This document shows, one piece after another, positions 39,381 through 48,734 of a stretch of 64,000 bases of DNA. The notes under the pieces were generated by a model. It saw nothing but the letters and a program-made list of their open reading frames with translations, was not told the DNA's origin and did not search any database. Within the stretch, counting starts at the first letter, position 1. Each line of letters starts with the position of its first letter. The position numbers and the translations under genes were made by a program. The stretch comes from Lentisphaerae bacterium GWF2_50_93 (lineage in GTDB: Bacteria; Verrucomicrobiota; Lentisphaeria; Victivallales; GWF2-50-93), in NCBI GenBank assembly GCA_001804815.1, contig MHBI01000065.1:20553-84552 (forward strand), given 5' to 3'.

Positions 39381-41819
39381 CTACCAGGATATCAGCAGTT
39401 CGCCGGTGATGCCTTTGAGATCCAGATGCTTTCCGTTTTTATCATCCATGATTTCAAACTTCTGGAATTTTCCGACTAGGAACGGATATACAGGATCAAG
39501 GAGCATCTTGATGTTTTTCTCTGAGCCGGGCTCGTGATAGAACCTTACAGTTGCATTCTTTAGTCCTGACAATCTTATCCGGCGTTTCAAGCCATGATAT
39601 TCAGCCGTTTGCTCTGCGCAGACGACCCGTCCGGATTCTTCCTGCTCGATGAAGACCCTGCATTCCCTGTGCCAGCTCTTCGGCATGTTGTATGAGGCCG
39701 CTCCGTTTTCGACAATGGTCTCAGTGCCCGTGAATAGCGGAATCCCCTGCGGCATCCGCAATTTAATTCCGGCAGTCATGTCAGGCACAAACCCTGAGAA
39801 ATAGAATCCGTTTGTATGGCGCGCTATCATTGTTATTGGATCCCTGCCACCCCAGGAATATTTGCCATAGCCGATGTCATATCCGAAATCGTGCAGCATC
39901 ATCCTTGGCAGGATTTCACAATAAAAGTTTTTTTCCGGATCCATCGGTGTCAGGAGATGTCCGCCAGAAGATGCTGTGCCAGATACCGTTCCCCTGAGCC
40001 ACGAGATCCTTCCACCATTCCAGCCTTTTTCAGAACGCAACAGGGCTATGATTCTCGACTGGCTTCCCTGCGACGCTTTTGCAATTATTTTTGTGCTATT
40101 GTCATTCTTGTCGGCAAGGACTGTCTCAATCCCGCCTCCGGATACAATTGCATTATGGACAAAAACGTCTGGTATGGATCCTGTCTTGAAAGTATCCTGG
40201 ACACCCTCGATTTTCATCTTGAATTCTCCCTCGAGAGACGGGCCGGCTTTCAGATTCAGCAGACTCCTGATCTCAGCGCAGGCGTTTGCTACCGGACCGT
40301 AGAGGATAACCTTCCCTCCGTTTTTTGCGAAGTTCGCAAGCGCGGCTGCGCATTTCGCAGAAACTGCGGCCGCAGGAGCGGCAAGGATCGATTCCTTGAA
40401 CAGTTCCGGCTTCTTCCTTATCGCCTTCATGAAGTTTGTCGTGCTGATGACGGTATTGATAGGAAATCCCTGGTTGATGGCACCACAGATGAACCAGTCG
40501 CCAAAGAATATTTCATCAAGACGTTTTCCTTCTGCAACCATGTCATGGTATTCGTCGAATGGATATACCCAGACGACAGGGCTCGGCGCATCTGGGGCAT
40601 GTCTGATCGCCTCAAGCAGGTGGGGAATGACTTCATTCGGCACCTGCTCCGGCATTTCCCCGTACGAATTGTCGACCGTCAGAAGTGATAGCCTGTCCGG
40701 ATTAAATATTTTGCCGTCACCGTCGATTCTCGACACTGCGAGTGGAAGATAGATGTCGTGAGACTCCCTGTTATAGCGGTCGAGCCAGGGGCTGTTCCTG
40801 AACCAGGGGTCATGCGTGTAGAACCTGTAGATATATGATTTGTCCGGTAGATCCGCGATATGGGACATCCAGCCGCCGATCTCGATTCCGAAGTCGCCGT
40901 TCAAAGCAGCCCAGGGTGAGTTCGGCGGTGGCTGGGGCTTGAACTCCTTATAGATTTCCCTAATCGGTACCGCGTCTGATGAGAGATCCGTGCCGGAAGG
41001 GAAATTGCTGCCCCTGGTCTGTACAGGATATTTGCATTCCTTTGTGAAATCCCGCCAGAAATTCAAAACCTTCTCACGGGTTTCCGGAGCTTTCTCAGGA
41101 CTGAACTTGAATCCATCAAAAAGAGCCCCCCTGTATGCCCATGTCTCGAGACCGAACCCGAATCCGTTCGAAAGCCATATGGCGTCAAACCCCATATCAT
41201 CCATAAAGCACTGTGACTGCTTTCCGAGATAAGTTCCCAGGCTGATTCCCTGAGGTATGCCTTTTGGGAAAGCTGCATAGGATTTGCTGTCGGCGTTCAA
41301 GGTTGCGTAACAGCAGACGAAGCTTTTCGCGCCCATAGTCTTGGCCATGCATATTTCCTCGTGTCTCTTGTATTTGAAATCGGACTTCGCGAATTCCGGA
41401 CCAGGATCGAAGGTGGCTATCAGATTTATCGGCTTGCCGGAGACTTTCTTTCCGTATGTTTTGATTTTTGAGATCAGGCTTTTCAACCAGCGGTAGGTGA
41501 ATTCAGGGGGATTCTCGATGTAGGGCAGCGGTTTTCTGTGAATGCCAATCCCCTCCGGATCATTGGGGTCTGGGTCATGCCATCTCGGATTTGCGACACC
41601 AATGTATTTCGCCCATTCGAAGTTATCGTCCAGATTGCCTGAATATTCGAGAATCTCGGAACCGTCAGACGCCCATAGAAGTATTGAGATGCCGTCCGCA
41701 TCCTTGTAAAGAGGGCGCCATTGCTCGAAAAGGGTTTCAAGGACTTTGTCGACAGTTTTCTGACTTGCATCCCTGAAAGGCTTCAGGCTCATCTCGAGAG
41801 TGACTGCGGATATTTTCAT
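39381..41819 (-). CDS. Large cytoplasmic hypothetical protein, putative glycoside-hydrolase-like enzyme
   Basis: About 812 aa, Trp/Asp-rich barrel-like N-terminal half (FDAIWLSNGFG), class-I-GATase-like C-terminal domain (GGKVILYG); next to an IclR gene. Confidence 0.6.
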   Translation of the reverse strand: MKISAVTLEMSLKPFRDASQKTVDKVLETLFEQWRPLYKDADGISILLWASDGSEILEYSGNLDDNFEWAKYIGVANPRWHDPDPNDPEGIGIHRKPLPYIENPPEFTYRWLKSLISKIKTYGKKVSGKPINLIATFDPGPEFAKSDFKYKRHEEICMAKTMGAKSFVCCYATLNADSKSYAAFPKGIPQGISLGTYLGKQSQCFMDDMGFDAIWLSNGFGFGLETWAYRGALFDGFKFSPEKAPETREKVLNFWRDFTKECKYPVQTRGSNFPSGTDLSSDAVPIREIYKEFKPQPPPNSPWAALNGDFGIEIGGWMSHIADLPDKSYIYRFYTHDPWFRNSPWLDRYNRESHDIYLPLAVSRIDGDGKIFNPDRLSLLTVDNSYGEMPEQVPNEVIPHLLEAIRHAPDAPSPVVWVYPFDEYHDMVAEGKRLDEIFFGDWFICGAINQGFPINTVISTTNFMKAIRKKPELFKESILAAPAAAVSAKCAAALANFAKNGGKVILYGPVANACAEIRSLLNLKAGPSLEGEFKMKIEGVQDTFKTGSIPDVFVHNAIVSGGGIETVLADKNDNSTKIIAKASQGSQSRIIALLRSEKGWNGGRISWLRGTVSGTASSGGHLLTPMDPEKNFYCEILPRMMLHDFGYDIGYGKYSWGGRDPITMIARHTNGFYFSGFVPDMTAGIKLRMPQGIPLFTGTETIVENGAASYNMPKSWHRECRVFIEQEESGRVVCAEQTAEYHGLKRRIRLSGLKNATVRFYHEPGSEKNIKMLLDPVYPFLVGKFQKFEIMDDKNGKHLDLKGITGELLISW

Positions 41820-41901
41820 GGTATAAGAACCTTTCACATATACTTATTTAAAGAATAAATAGAAATACAATTTCTCATTCATTGGTACAGTTTTTTCTTA
41901 A

Positions 41902-41955
41902 AGTATGTCGGGTTTTAACCCGACGATTAATTGGCGGTTTAAAAACCGCCTTACT
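41902..41955. repeat. REPIN-like doublet, family B
   Basis: AGTATGTCGGGTTTTAACCCGAC-spacer-GGCGGTTTAAAAACCGCCTTACT; five copies in the window. Confidence 0.85.
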
Positions 41956-41962
41956 TTTGGAG

Positions 41963-42694
41963 TTAAATTCCTTTTAATGTATCATTGATCTTTTTGGCTG
42001 AATTCAGCATCCGGGAAATTATCTGGGATTTGATTTCATCGGAAAATCTCGTCAAAGGAATGCTCCAGCCGATTGAAAGGACCGCCTTTCCGGAGGCGTC
42101 GAACGCGGGAGCGCCGTAAGCGGCGACGCCACTGCCGTTCAGGTTGATCGCCTCGGCATATCCTTTCTCCTTGATGTCCTTCAATATTAACAGGAATTCC
42201 TTCTTGTCCTTTATGTCGGAATGATTGCTGATGTAGTTCGAAAGGAATTCCTGGCTCTGGTATGAGAGCAGGGCCAGTCCGGAAGCTGTGACGTGTGGAT
42301 TTGGAATTATCCGCCTGTTGGGCGGTGCAACGGAAAGTTCCTTTGTGGACTGTCGCCAGTATACACTCAAAACGACGCCTCTCTCCATTGTGATTGCAAC
42401 GGTTGTTTCGTTGAACTCATCGAAGATCTCATCGATATAAGGTTTTGCGAATTCCGCAATCTTGTCCGGAAGGTCTACCGCATTTCCGAGGAGTACGGCG
42501 GAGATTCCGATCTTGTAGCGACGGCTGTTCTCATCGAAGTCCAGATAGCCTGATTTCTGCATCGTCTTGAGGAGTTGCTGCGCAGTTGCTGGATTGATTC
42601 CGGTGAGTCTGGCAAGTTCACGGACGCCCGTCCAGTCGCCCTGTGCGGCGACCGCGTTCAACAGCTTGAATGCTTTTTCTACTGAGTGTATCAT
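41963..42694 (-). CDS. IclR family transcriptional regulator
   Basis: SVEKAFKLL..GVRELARLTG..AT.QQLL HTH; GYA..GVAAYGAP.FD; start at 42694. Confidence 0.92.
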   Translation of the reverse strand: MIHSVEKAFKLLNAVAAQGDWTGVRELARLTGINPATAQQLLKTMQKSGYLDFDENSRRYKIGISAVLLGNAVDLPDKIAEFAKPYIDEIFDEFNETTVAITMERGVVLSVYWRQSTKELSVAPPNRRIIPNPHVTASGLALLSYQSQEFLSNYISNHSDIKDKKEFLLILKDIKEKGYAEAINLNGSGVAAYGAPAFDASGKAVLSIGWSIPLTRFSDEIKSQIISRMLNSAKKINDTLKGI

Positions 42695-42699
42695 GCGTT

Positions 42700-42730
42700 T
42701 CGTATAACAAAACAATGTTTTATAATACGA
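42700..42730. promoter_or_regulatory. Near-palindromic candidate IclR operator
   Basis: TCGTATAACAAAACA-A-TGTTTTATAATACGA directly upstream of the IclR start. Confidence 0.55.
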
Positions 42731-42798
42731 TACAAATATGATGAATTTAGGCAATGTCAAGCTCGAAACGCAAAATAAACGATGAAGGGATGAAAATG

Positions 42799-42925
42799 GT
42801 AACCTTTAAACTGGATGTTTTGCCTTAAAAGTAGGGCGGTTTTTAAACCGCCAACCAAGTGTCGGTTTAAAACCCGACATACTTTCAAGGATAAATAGCC
42901 TCATCTTATCCAGCTTAACGGTTAC
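42799..42925. mobile_element. MITE-like element (GTAACC...GGTTAC ends) carrying a family B REPIN (42830-42883)
   Basis: GTAACCTTTAAACTGGAT versus ATCCAGCTTAACGGTTAC (16/18 inverted match); related copy near 60757-60877. Confidence 0.65.
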
Positions 42926-43058
42926 GGAAAATGAATATGGAAAGATGGAAGCCGGGGCATGCACCTTGATTCTTCTTCATTTCCGGATTACTTTCATCAT
43001 TTCAATTTTCATGGATTGTGATTTTAAACCGCAGCAGTTGAAACATTTGGAGATCCTT

Positions 43059-45500
43059 ATGCCTTCCAAAAGACTCTTCTTCCCTGGAGCCGTCCTGATA
43101 TGCCTGATGATTATTGCATCAACCTCCTGCAGTACCCTCATGTCCCAGGATCCCATCAAAGGCAAGGTGTTTGAACTGCAGAATCCTGGATTCGAAGACG
43201 GACTTGAGGGCTGGACACTTGGAAGGGAGGACGCCGGCATATCAGTTGCCAATCCGGAAGCCGCCCGTACTGGGAAAGTGGGACTGAGGATAACTGACAA
43301 GTCGTCTAAGGAAGGATCGTCTTTGTATTCGAAGGCGTTTCCGGCCGTGCCGGATAAGGAATATCGGGCGCAATGCTACGCCCGCTGCGTCAAAGGCACC
43401 GGTGGCAGCGGAATGTACCTTCAATTTCTTGATGAGAACGGGAAAGAAATAAACAGCGGCAATTCCGAGGTCACATCGCTTGCCGGAGTGCGCGACTGGA
43501 CGAAATCGGAAGTGAGCGCCTATGCCCCGGACAAGACCGTATCGGTCCGCATCTGGTTCCATTCCTATGGCAGTGCAGTTGTGACCGAGGATATAGACGA
43601 TGTTATCATCTATGAGGCTGAACCATCAATATTCTCAAATCGCCCTTGGGAACCACAATATAAGATCCGTCCCGATGAAAAAGAGAAATTGACGGCTGCC
43701 GACATCATAGGTCCGGATGGCATCGTCTATCCCGATTTCCGATATGCAGGCGTGCGCGGCGGCATTCCGGATGTTGCGGTCGTGAAGGATCTTTCAGGGA
43801 CCGTAAAGCCGAACATGGATATAGCAGATGCGATCATGCGCGCCGCATCCGAGCTTCCCGTGACAGGCGGGGCGATCCTGATACCCGCCGGCGAATATTT
43901 CCTCGGAGCTCCGGTTCAGATCGCCAGGAGCGGAGTTGTCATACGCGGTGCCGGGAGGGACAAGACAAAGCTCGTGTTCAATTACGCGGTACCGAAGAAT
44001 TCAGTTCAATTCTATGGGATTGACGCGAATAAGCCGTTCGGCTATTTCGAGGTGCATGCGAATCCGGAAAATCTGCGCGGGATATACCTATATGAGGGAG
44101 ATAAATCCGTAAAGTCCGTACTCTATCATGCACATTGGGGTAACACATACTTATTGCGGGTATGGAACAAAGATGTTCTGAAAGTTACAGGAGCAGGCAT
44201 TCATAAGCTTCGGGCAAAGGCCGAATATGCAGATGGAACAACGTCTGAAAAGGAAATAGAGGCGACTGTATCCGAAACGCAGCCGTCGGAACGCGCGCCA
44301 TCAATGCCTGGTGTAATCGAGTTCACCGGTGAAAAGACAGGCGAGAAGATCAAGCTTTCAAAGGATGGGGGGAGAGGAGCAACTTCGCTAACCATAGAAG
44401 ATGCCTCCTCTTTTGCTGTCGGAGATGTCTTTGAGATTGAAGCGCCAGCCTCGCCGAGATGGAATGAAATGGTCAAGAACGCCTGCAAATGGGGATCCTA
44501 CAGGGTGAACCAGTATCGGATTACCGGGATCGATGGAAAGACGCTTCAATTCGGACAACCGCTCAGGATAGATTTTCCCGTGGTCGACGGATCTTTTGTT
44601 GTCAAGATAATCCCCGTTGAGAAGTCCGGTATCGAGGACTGCACCATCGAGCAGACGGAGAACCTCTGGATAAACAGCGCGTCCCTCTCATACACCTGGG
44701 ACTGCTGGGTGAAAAACGTGAAGACGATAAAGTCAGGCAGGAACATAACCTACTTCATGAATTCCAAGCACGGCGAGATACGTGACTGCGTGTTCGAGGA
44801 TGCGTGGTTCAAGGGTGGCGGCGGAACGGCATATGCCGGCTTCGAACGCACATTCGACTGCCTCATGGAAAATGTGGAATCGACCAATCTGCGCCATGGG
44901 CCGAACCTGAACTGGGCTTGTGCCGGCAATGTGATCCGAAATTCCACTTTCCGGGGGAGTGATGCCCAATGGCATTGCGGTTGGTCCCATGAGAACCTAT
45001 TCGAGAACTGCGTCATAACCCCCGACGGCAAGGATGGTGATTATGGATTTGGCTTCTTCGCGACGCCTCCGGAAGACAACGCACACGGACCCATCGGTCC
45101 GCGCAACGTAGTCTACAACTGCGATGCATCGTCACCTAAGGACGGCATGCAGATAAAAGGCATGAACGAGAACTGGATCATCATGTACAACCGTATCAGG
45201 ATCGGTAAAGGGAGGGCAATGTTTTTCCGGATGGGGAGCTTCGATCATATTGTCAGGGGAAATGTCTTCTGCATCAAGGATGCCCAGAATCCTGTCGTCC
45301 TACTGAACGATCCGACCTGTGTCGGCAATGAATTCAGGGACAACAAGTTCTATGGGGCGACGTCACCCGCCATCGGCGGGCGAGCAAAACCCCTTGTGGA
45401 TGTCGACAACCAGGTCTTCCCATATGAGGAGGCCCCGCGCCCGACTCCTGCCGTCCCATCGATATTCGAATGGCAGCGGATGGCGTATCCGCTGAAATAG
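43059..45500 (+). CDS. Exported CBM4/9-like plus pectate-lyase-3-like beta-helix carbohydrate-active protein
   Basis: Signal/lipobox-like N-terminus; LQNPGFEDGLEGW; PDFRYAG.RGG; GGAILIPAGEY; VVIRGAGRDKT; HENLFEN. Confidence 0.8.
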   Translation: MPSKRLFFPGAVLICLMIIASTSCSTLMSQDPIKGKVFELQNPGFEDGLEGWTLGREDAGISVANPEAARTGKVGLRITDKSSKEGSSLYSKAFPAVPDKEYRAQCYARCVKGTGGSGMYLQFLDENGKEINSGNSEVTSLAGVRDWTKSEVSAYAPDKTVSVRIWFHSYGSAVVTEDIDDVIIYEAEPSIFSNRPWEPQYKIRPDEKEKLTAADIIGPDGIVYPDFRYAGVRGGIPDVAVVKDLSGTVKPNMDIADAIMRAASELPVTGGAILIPAGEYFLGAPVQIARSGVVIRGAGRDKTKLVFNYAVPKNSVQFYGIDANKPFGYFEVHANPENLRGIYLYEGDKSVKSVLYHAHWGNTYLLRVWNKDVLKVTGAGIHKLRAKAEYADGTTSEKEIEATVSETQPSERAPSMPGVIEFTGEKTGEKIKLSKDGGRGATSLTIEDASSFAVGDVFEIEAPASPRWNEMVKNACKWGSYRVNQYRITGIDGKTLQFGQPLRIDFPVVDGSFVVKIIPVEKSGIEDCTIEQTENLWINSASLSYTWDCWVKNVKTIKSGRNITYFMNSKHGEIRDCVFEDAWFKGGGGTAYAGFERTFDCLMENVESTNLRHGPNLNWACAGNVIRNSTFRGSDAQWHCGWSHENLFENCVITPDGKDGDYGFGFFATPPEDNAHGPIGPRNVVYNCDASSPKDGMQIKGMNENWIIMYNRIRIGKGRAMFFRMGSFDHIVRGNVFCIKDAQNPVVLLNDPTCVGNEFRDNKFYGATSPAIGGRAKPLVDVDNQVFPYEEAPRPTPAVPSIFEWQRMAYPLK

Positions 45501-45664
45501 AGACTGCTCGAAAAGGCATAAGGAAAGACCCCTTACGGGTTAACTACAAACAAAGAACAGTTGATTTGAGGCGAATCCGTTAGTAGCCTATCCTCCGTAG
45601 CTTTATGCGAAGTGGGACCAAACTGGTAAGAGCTGTTCCGGGAAACCTTTTCGAGCAGGCTCTA
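45498..45664. mobile_element. MITE with 17-bp TIRs flanked by TA
   Basis: TA-GAGACTGCTCGAAAAGG ... CCTTTTCGAGCAGGCTC-TA (one mismatch); internal REP-like palindromes. Confidence 0.75.
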
Positions 45665-45922
45665 ATCTGTCAAATACGGGGTCTGGCACGGATGACGCTA
45701 AGTTAAGCATTTCTGCCATCATGAATAAACAAGCCGAAGTTTGAAATCGTGCGAAAGAAATGTCCTTATGTTGGTCCGCCGCGGCGGATTAGTTTGCGTC
45801 CTTGACTTGGCGGCATTCGGGTTTGACCCCATATCCGGGTTCTTGACTTCATGCCGGTTCCAGACTATCTTGCTTCGGCCTTGGGATTGAAATTCCTAAC
45901 ACCGCAACACTGGCACCGCGAC

Positions 45923-47077
45923 ATGAACGACAGCCGAAGCGCAACTCCGAACGTGAAGGGCGGCTTTGATGGGGACAACGCCGCACTGGTTCCGCCTGCA
46001 CGTGACTGGGTTCCCCGGCGGCAATTGCCGTTTTTGGGACTCATGGTGCTGACCGTATTTGCTGTTTTCTTCTGCTACCAGCTTGTCCAGCCATTTCTAA
46101 CTGCTGTGTTGTGGGCGATCGCCTTTGCAATCCTGGCAAATCCATTTTACAGGTGGCTTCTGCGGATAATACGCATCCGTTCCCTGGCGTCCGGCATTGC
46201 CGTGGCAGCCGTGGCGCTCGTCATAGTGCTTCCCGCCGTCGCCCTGGCGCCAAAGCTTGCGGGAGACACCGCCTCAGCCGTGAACTCGGTCACGCAGTCT
46301 CTCGGATCCGGCCAATGGCGTGAAAAGCTGTCCCAGGTAAATGCCTTGTCGGCCGCCATCAACTGGATGGAGGCACACGTTGACTTCCGTGAATTATTCC
46401 ACGAAATTGCTTACGTCCTGACTACTGCCATGTCGACGGTGCTCAAAGGCTCGGTCGCGGGTATCGGACAGTTGATTGTGGGCGGATTCCTGCTGTTCTA
46501 TTTGTTCCGCGACCAGGATGAAGCGCTGGCGGCGCTCAGGTCCCTGTTGCCCGTTGCTCCTGATGAAGCGGACATGCTGTTTTGCCGGTTCAGCGACACT
46601 GTATACGCCCTCATATATGGGAAAATGCTGACTGCGGTGGTACAAGGGGCGCTGGGGGGGGTATCTTTCTGGATTTTCGGACTGCCTGCGCCCTGGTTCT
46701 GGGGACTCATGATGGGAATGCTTTCCTTTCTGCCTATGGTGGGCGCATCGTTAGTGTGGGGGCCTGCTGCGGTGATTCTGGCGCTTGATGGATATCTGGG
46801 AAAATCCATTCTGCTTGTAATGTGGGGTGTCCTTATAATCGCGCCCATCGAAAGCTTTCTTTATCCGATCCTGGTCGGTCGCCGGCTCAAACTGCATGAT
46901 GCTCTAGTTTTCATAGCCTTGCTCGGGGGAATGTTTGCATTTGGACCGGTGGGACTGTTCATTGGACCGGCTATTCTGGCTTTGACACTTGGACTGATAA
47001 GTTTGTGGAAGGAACGCCTCTCCACCGCACGAGTGCCGGTCGCAGAACCGATGAGGGGAGAGAGTACGGCCAGTTGA
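45923..47077 (+). CDS. AI-2E (PerM) family transporter
   Basis: PFL.AVLWA, LFYLFRD, SFLPMVG..LVWGP, GG..AFG.VGLFIGP; start uncertain. Confidence 0.9.
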   Translation: MNDSRSATPNVKGGFDGDNAALVPPARDWVPRRQLPFLGLMVLTVFAVFFCYQLVQPFLTAVLWAIAFAILANPFYRWLLRIIRIRSLASGIAVAAVALVIVLPAVALAPKLAGDTASAVNSVTQSLGSGQWREKLSQVNALSAAINWMEAHVDFRELFHEIAYVLTTAMSTVLKGSVAGIGQLIVGGFLLFYLFRDQDEALAALRSLLPVAPDEADMLFCRFSDTVYALIYGKMLTAVVQGALGGVSFWIFGLPAPWFWGLMMGMLSFLPMVGASLVWGPAAVILALDGYLGKSILLVMWGVLIIAPIESFLYPILVGRRLKLHDALVFIALLGGMFAFGPVGLFIGPAILALTLGLISLWKERLSTARVPVAEPMRGESTAS

Positions 47078-47387
47078 CTGATCAATCCATAATTCCGATT
47101 TTGAGAGCAATTAAGGCACCAATCTCCCTGGGCACTTTTCCAGCAGAATTCAATGAACTCACTTTTTGCCAGTTCCGGATGCGGTTTCCGGAACCGGGAA
47201 ACGGCCTGAAGCCCACCCTCCATACTTGATTCTTTCCTGGATTTGGACTATTCTGCTGATATTATGAAATTAAAATTCCTATCAGCTCAGCATCGGCAAA
47301 ATTCCTATCAGCCAGAACGATAAATAACATATACATAGAACTCACCGAAATCCTTGGAAAAGCTGAAGGAGTCCTGCCATTCACAGC

Positions 47388-47693
47388 ATGAAGCAAATGA
47401 CCTTGAGAGAAGAATTCCTAAGCGAAGAGGACTTGTCCATTGCCGAGATGGGCGATGATGAGCTTGAGGCGTATTGGAATTTCTGGCTTGAACTCGCCCA
47501 GGCGACAAATGATGAAGACAAGGATTCATATTCGCACGGGGTGTTTGCAGGCTCGCCTGTCCCGGGCTCACAGCGGGGGGAAGAGGGCGGTCCGTCCTAC
47601 CGCTGGAAAAGCTTAACTATCTTCTGCCTCTTCTTCACCGGTGTGCCGCCGTGCAGCACAAGTCCAGTCCTGCCGAACAGCCCTGCAAGATAA
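47388..47693 (+). CDS. Small acidic hypothetical protein
   Basis: AAGGAG upstream; protein-like N-terminal half (EELxxYW.FWL..AQATND.D...YSHGVF); C-terminal tail overlaps an opposite ORF and may be spurious. Confidence 0.55.
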   Translation: MKQMTLREEFLSEEDLSIAEMGDDELEAYWNFWLELAQATNDEDKDSYSHGVFAGSPVPGSQRGEEGGPSYRWKSLTIFCLFFTGVPPCSTSPVLPNSPAR

Positions 47694-47842
47694 TGGAGGA
47701 TGGGATCGGATATCTCCCCGAACTGGGCAGATTTGTCTTCGGCGGCATCCCTTCCCATACTATCCGAAGAATCTTCACTCACTTCGACGAAGATGTGCCC
47801 CGTGGATGTCCGCACAGGAAGCATGGGCTTGATGACTGACAA
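47597..47842 (-). CDS. Small hypothetical protein
   Basis: 81 aa ORF divergent from IclR; plausible composition only. Confidence 0.3.
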   Translation of the reverse strand: MSVIKPMLPVRTSTGHIFVEVSEDSSDSMGRDAAEDKSAQFGEISDPILHYLAGLFGRTGLVLHGGTPVKKRQKIVKLFQR

Positions 47843-47876
47843 AGCAACAGTGTACTATAATTTTTCCGGAATCAGC

Positions 47877-47911
47877 TTGACTTTTCATTAATGGTGCTAT
47901 ATTAGCACCAT
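47877..47911 (+). promoter_or_regulatory. Leaderless promoter with overlapping perfect palindrome
   Basis: TTGACT..TGcTATATT-6 nt-ATG with no RBS; ATGGTGCTA-TAT-TAGCACCAT (47891-47911). Confidence 0.65.
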
Positions 47912-48620
47912 GAAGACGCAATATAACAAGAGCATCACCGGTAGCATCGAGGTCCTCCAGGAAGTACTCAGCCAGCCAAAACCTGTCGGCAGCCGGGAGC
48001 TTTCAAGGATCCTCAAAGAGGAGCATACCCGGGTAAGCAGAATCCTCGGAACTTTGTTCAAGGAAGGCTTTCTCAGCAAGACAGAAAAGAAGAAGTATTA
48101 CGCCGGACCTGGAATACATGTCCTCGCAGCCCAGGCAATCCATAACTCCTCGCTTCTACGGATCGCGCTGCCAGAACTTAGGAAGCTGAAAGACGACAGG
48201 CATACCGTCGCCCTTGCCGTGCTCTGGAAGGATTCCATATGCTATCTCGTCCATTCGCGCCCGCACCAGACCCTTGAGGAAGGCATCGGCTCCCACGAGA
48301 TATATCCTGCCAGGAAATCCAGTCTGGGGATCATGCTGATGGCGAAAAATTTTCCACGAGGTGGAAAATTTAACTATGAACTTGAAAATGAAGACAAGAT
48401 AAAAGAGGCTGAGGCGAATGGATATGCAAGACTCGATTACAAGGGAGGAACCGTGTCCCTGGCGGTTCCAATCTGCGATCCGCCGATTGCGGCAATAGGT
48501 TCATCTATTAATCGTCCCAGCAGGAAGGAATTGCAGGATACTTTGAAATTGCTCAGGAAGATTAAAGTTGATATAGAAAGAAAAATCTTAGATGAAGAAA
48601 GACATAGGGATAAATGTTAA
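47910..48620 (+). CDS. IclR family transcriptional regulator
   Basis: GSRELSRIL..EHTRVSRILGTL HTH; SSLG; GYA..VSLAVPI. Confidence 0.88.
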   Translation: MKTQYNKSITGSIEVLQEVLSQPKPVGSRELSRILKEEHTRVSRILGTLFKEGFLSKTEKKKYYAGPGIHVLAAQAIHNSSLLRIALPELRKLKDDRHTVALAVLWKDSICYLVHSRPHQTLEEGIGSHEIYPARKSSLGIMLMAKNFPRGGKFNYELENEDKIKEAEANGYARLDYKGGTVSLAVPICDPPIAAIGSSINRPSRKELQDTLKLLRKIKVDIERKILDEERHRDKC

Positions 48621-48640
48621 TGCAAAAGTTTTTCCATATA

Positions 48641-48694
48641 AGTAAGACGGTTTTTAAACCGTCAATTAATCGTCGGGTTGAAACCCGACATACT
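48641..48694. repeat. REPIN-like doublet, family B
   Basis: AGTAAGACGGTTTTTAAACCGTC..GTCGGGTTGAAACCCGACATACT. Confidence 0.85.
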
Positions 48695-48734
48695 TTTTTG
48701 GAAAAAATCTATACAAATTGCAGGGAAAGATGAC

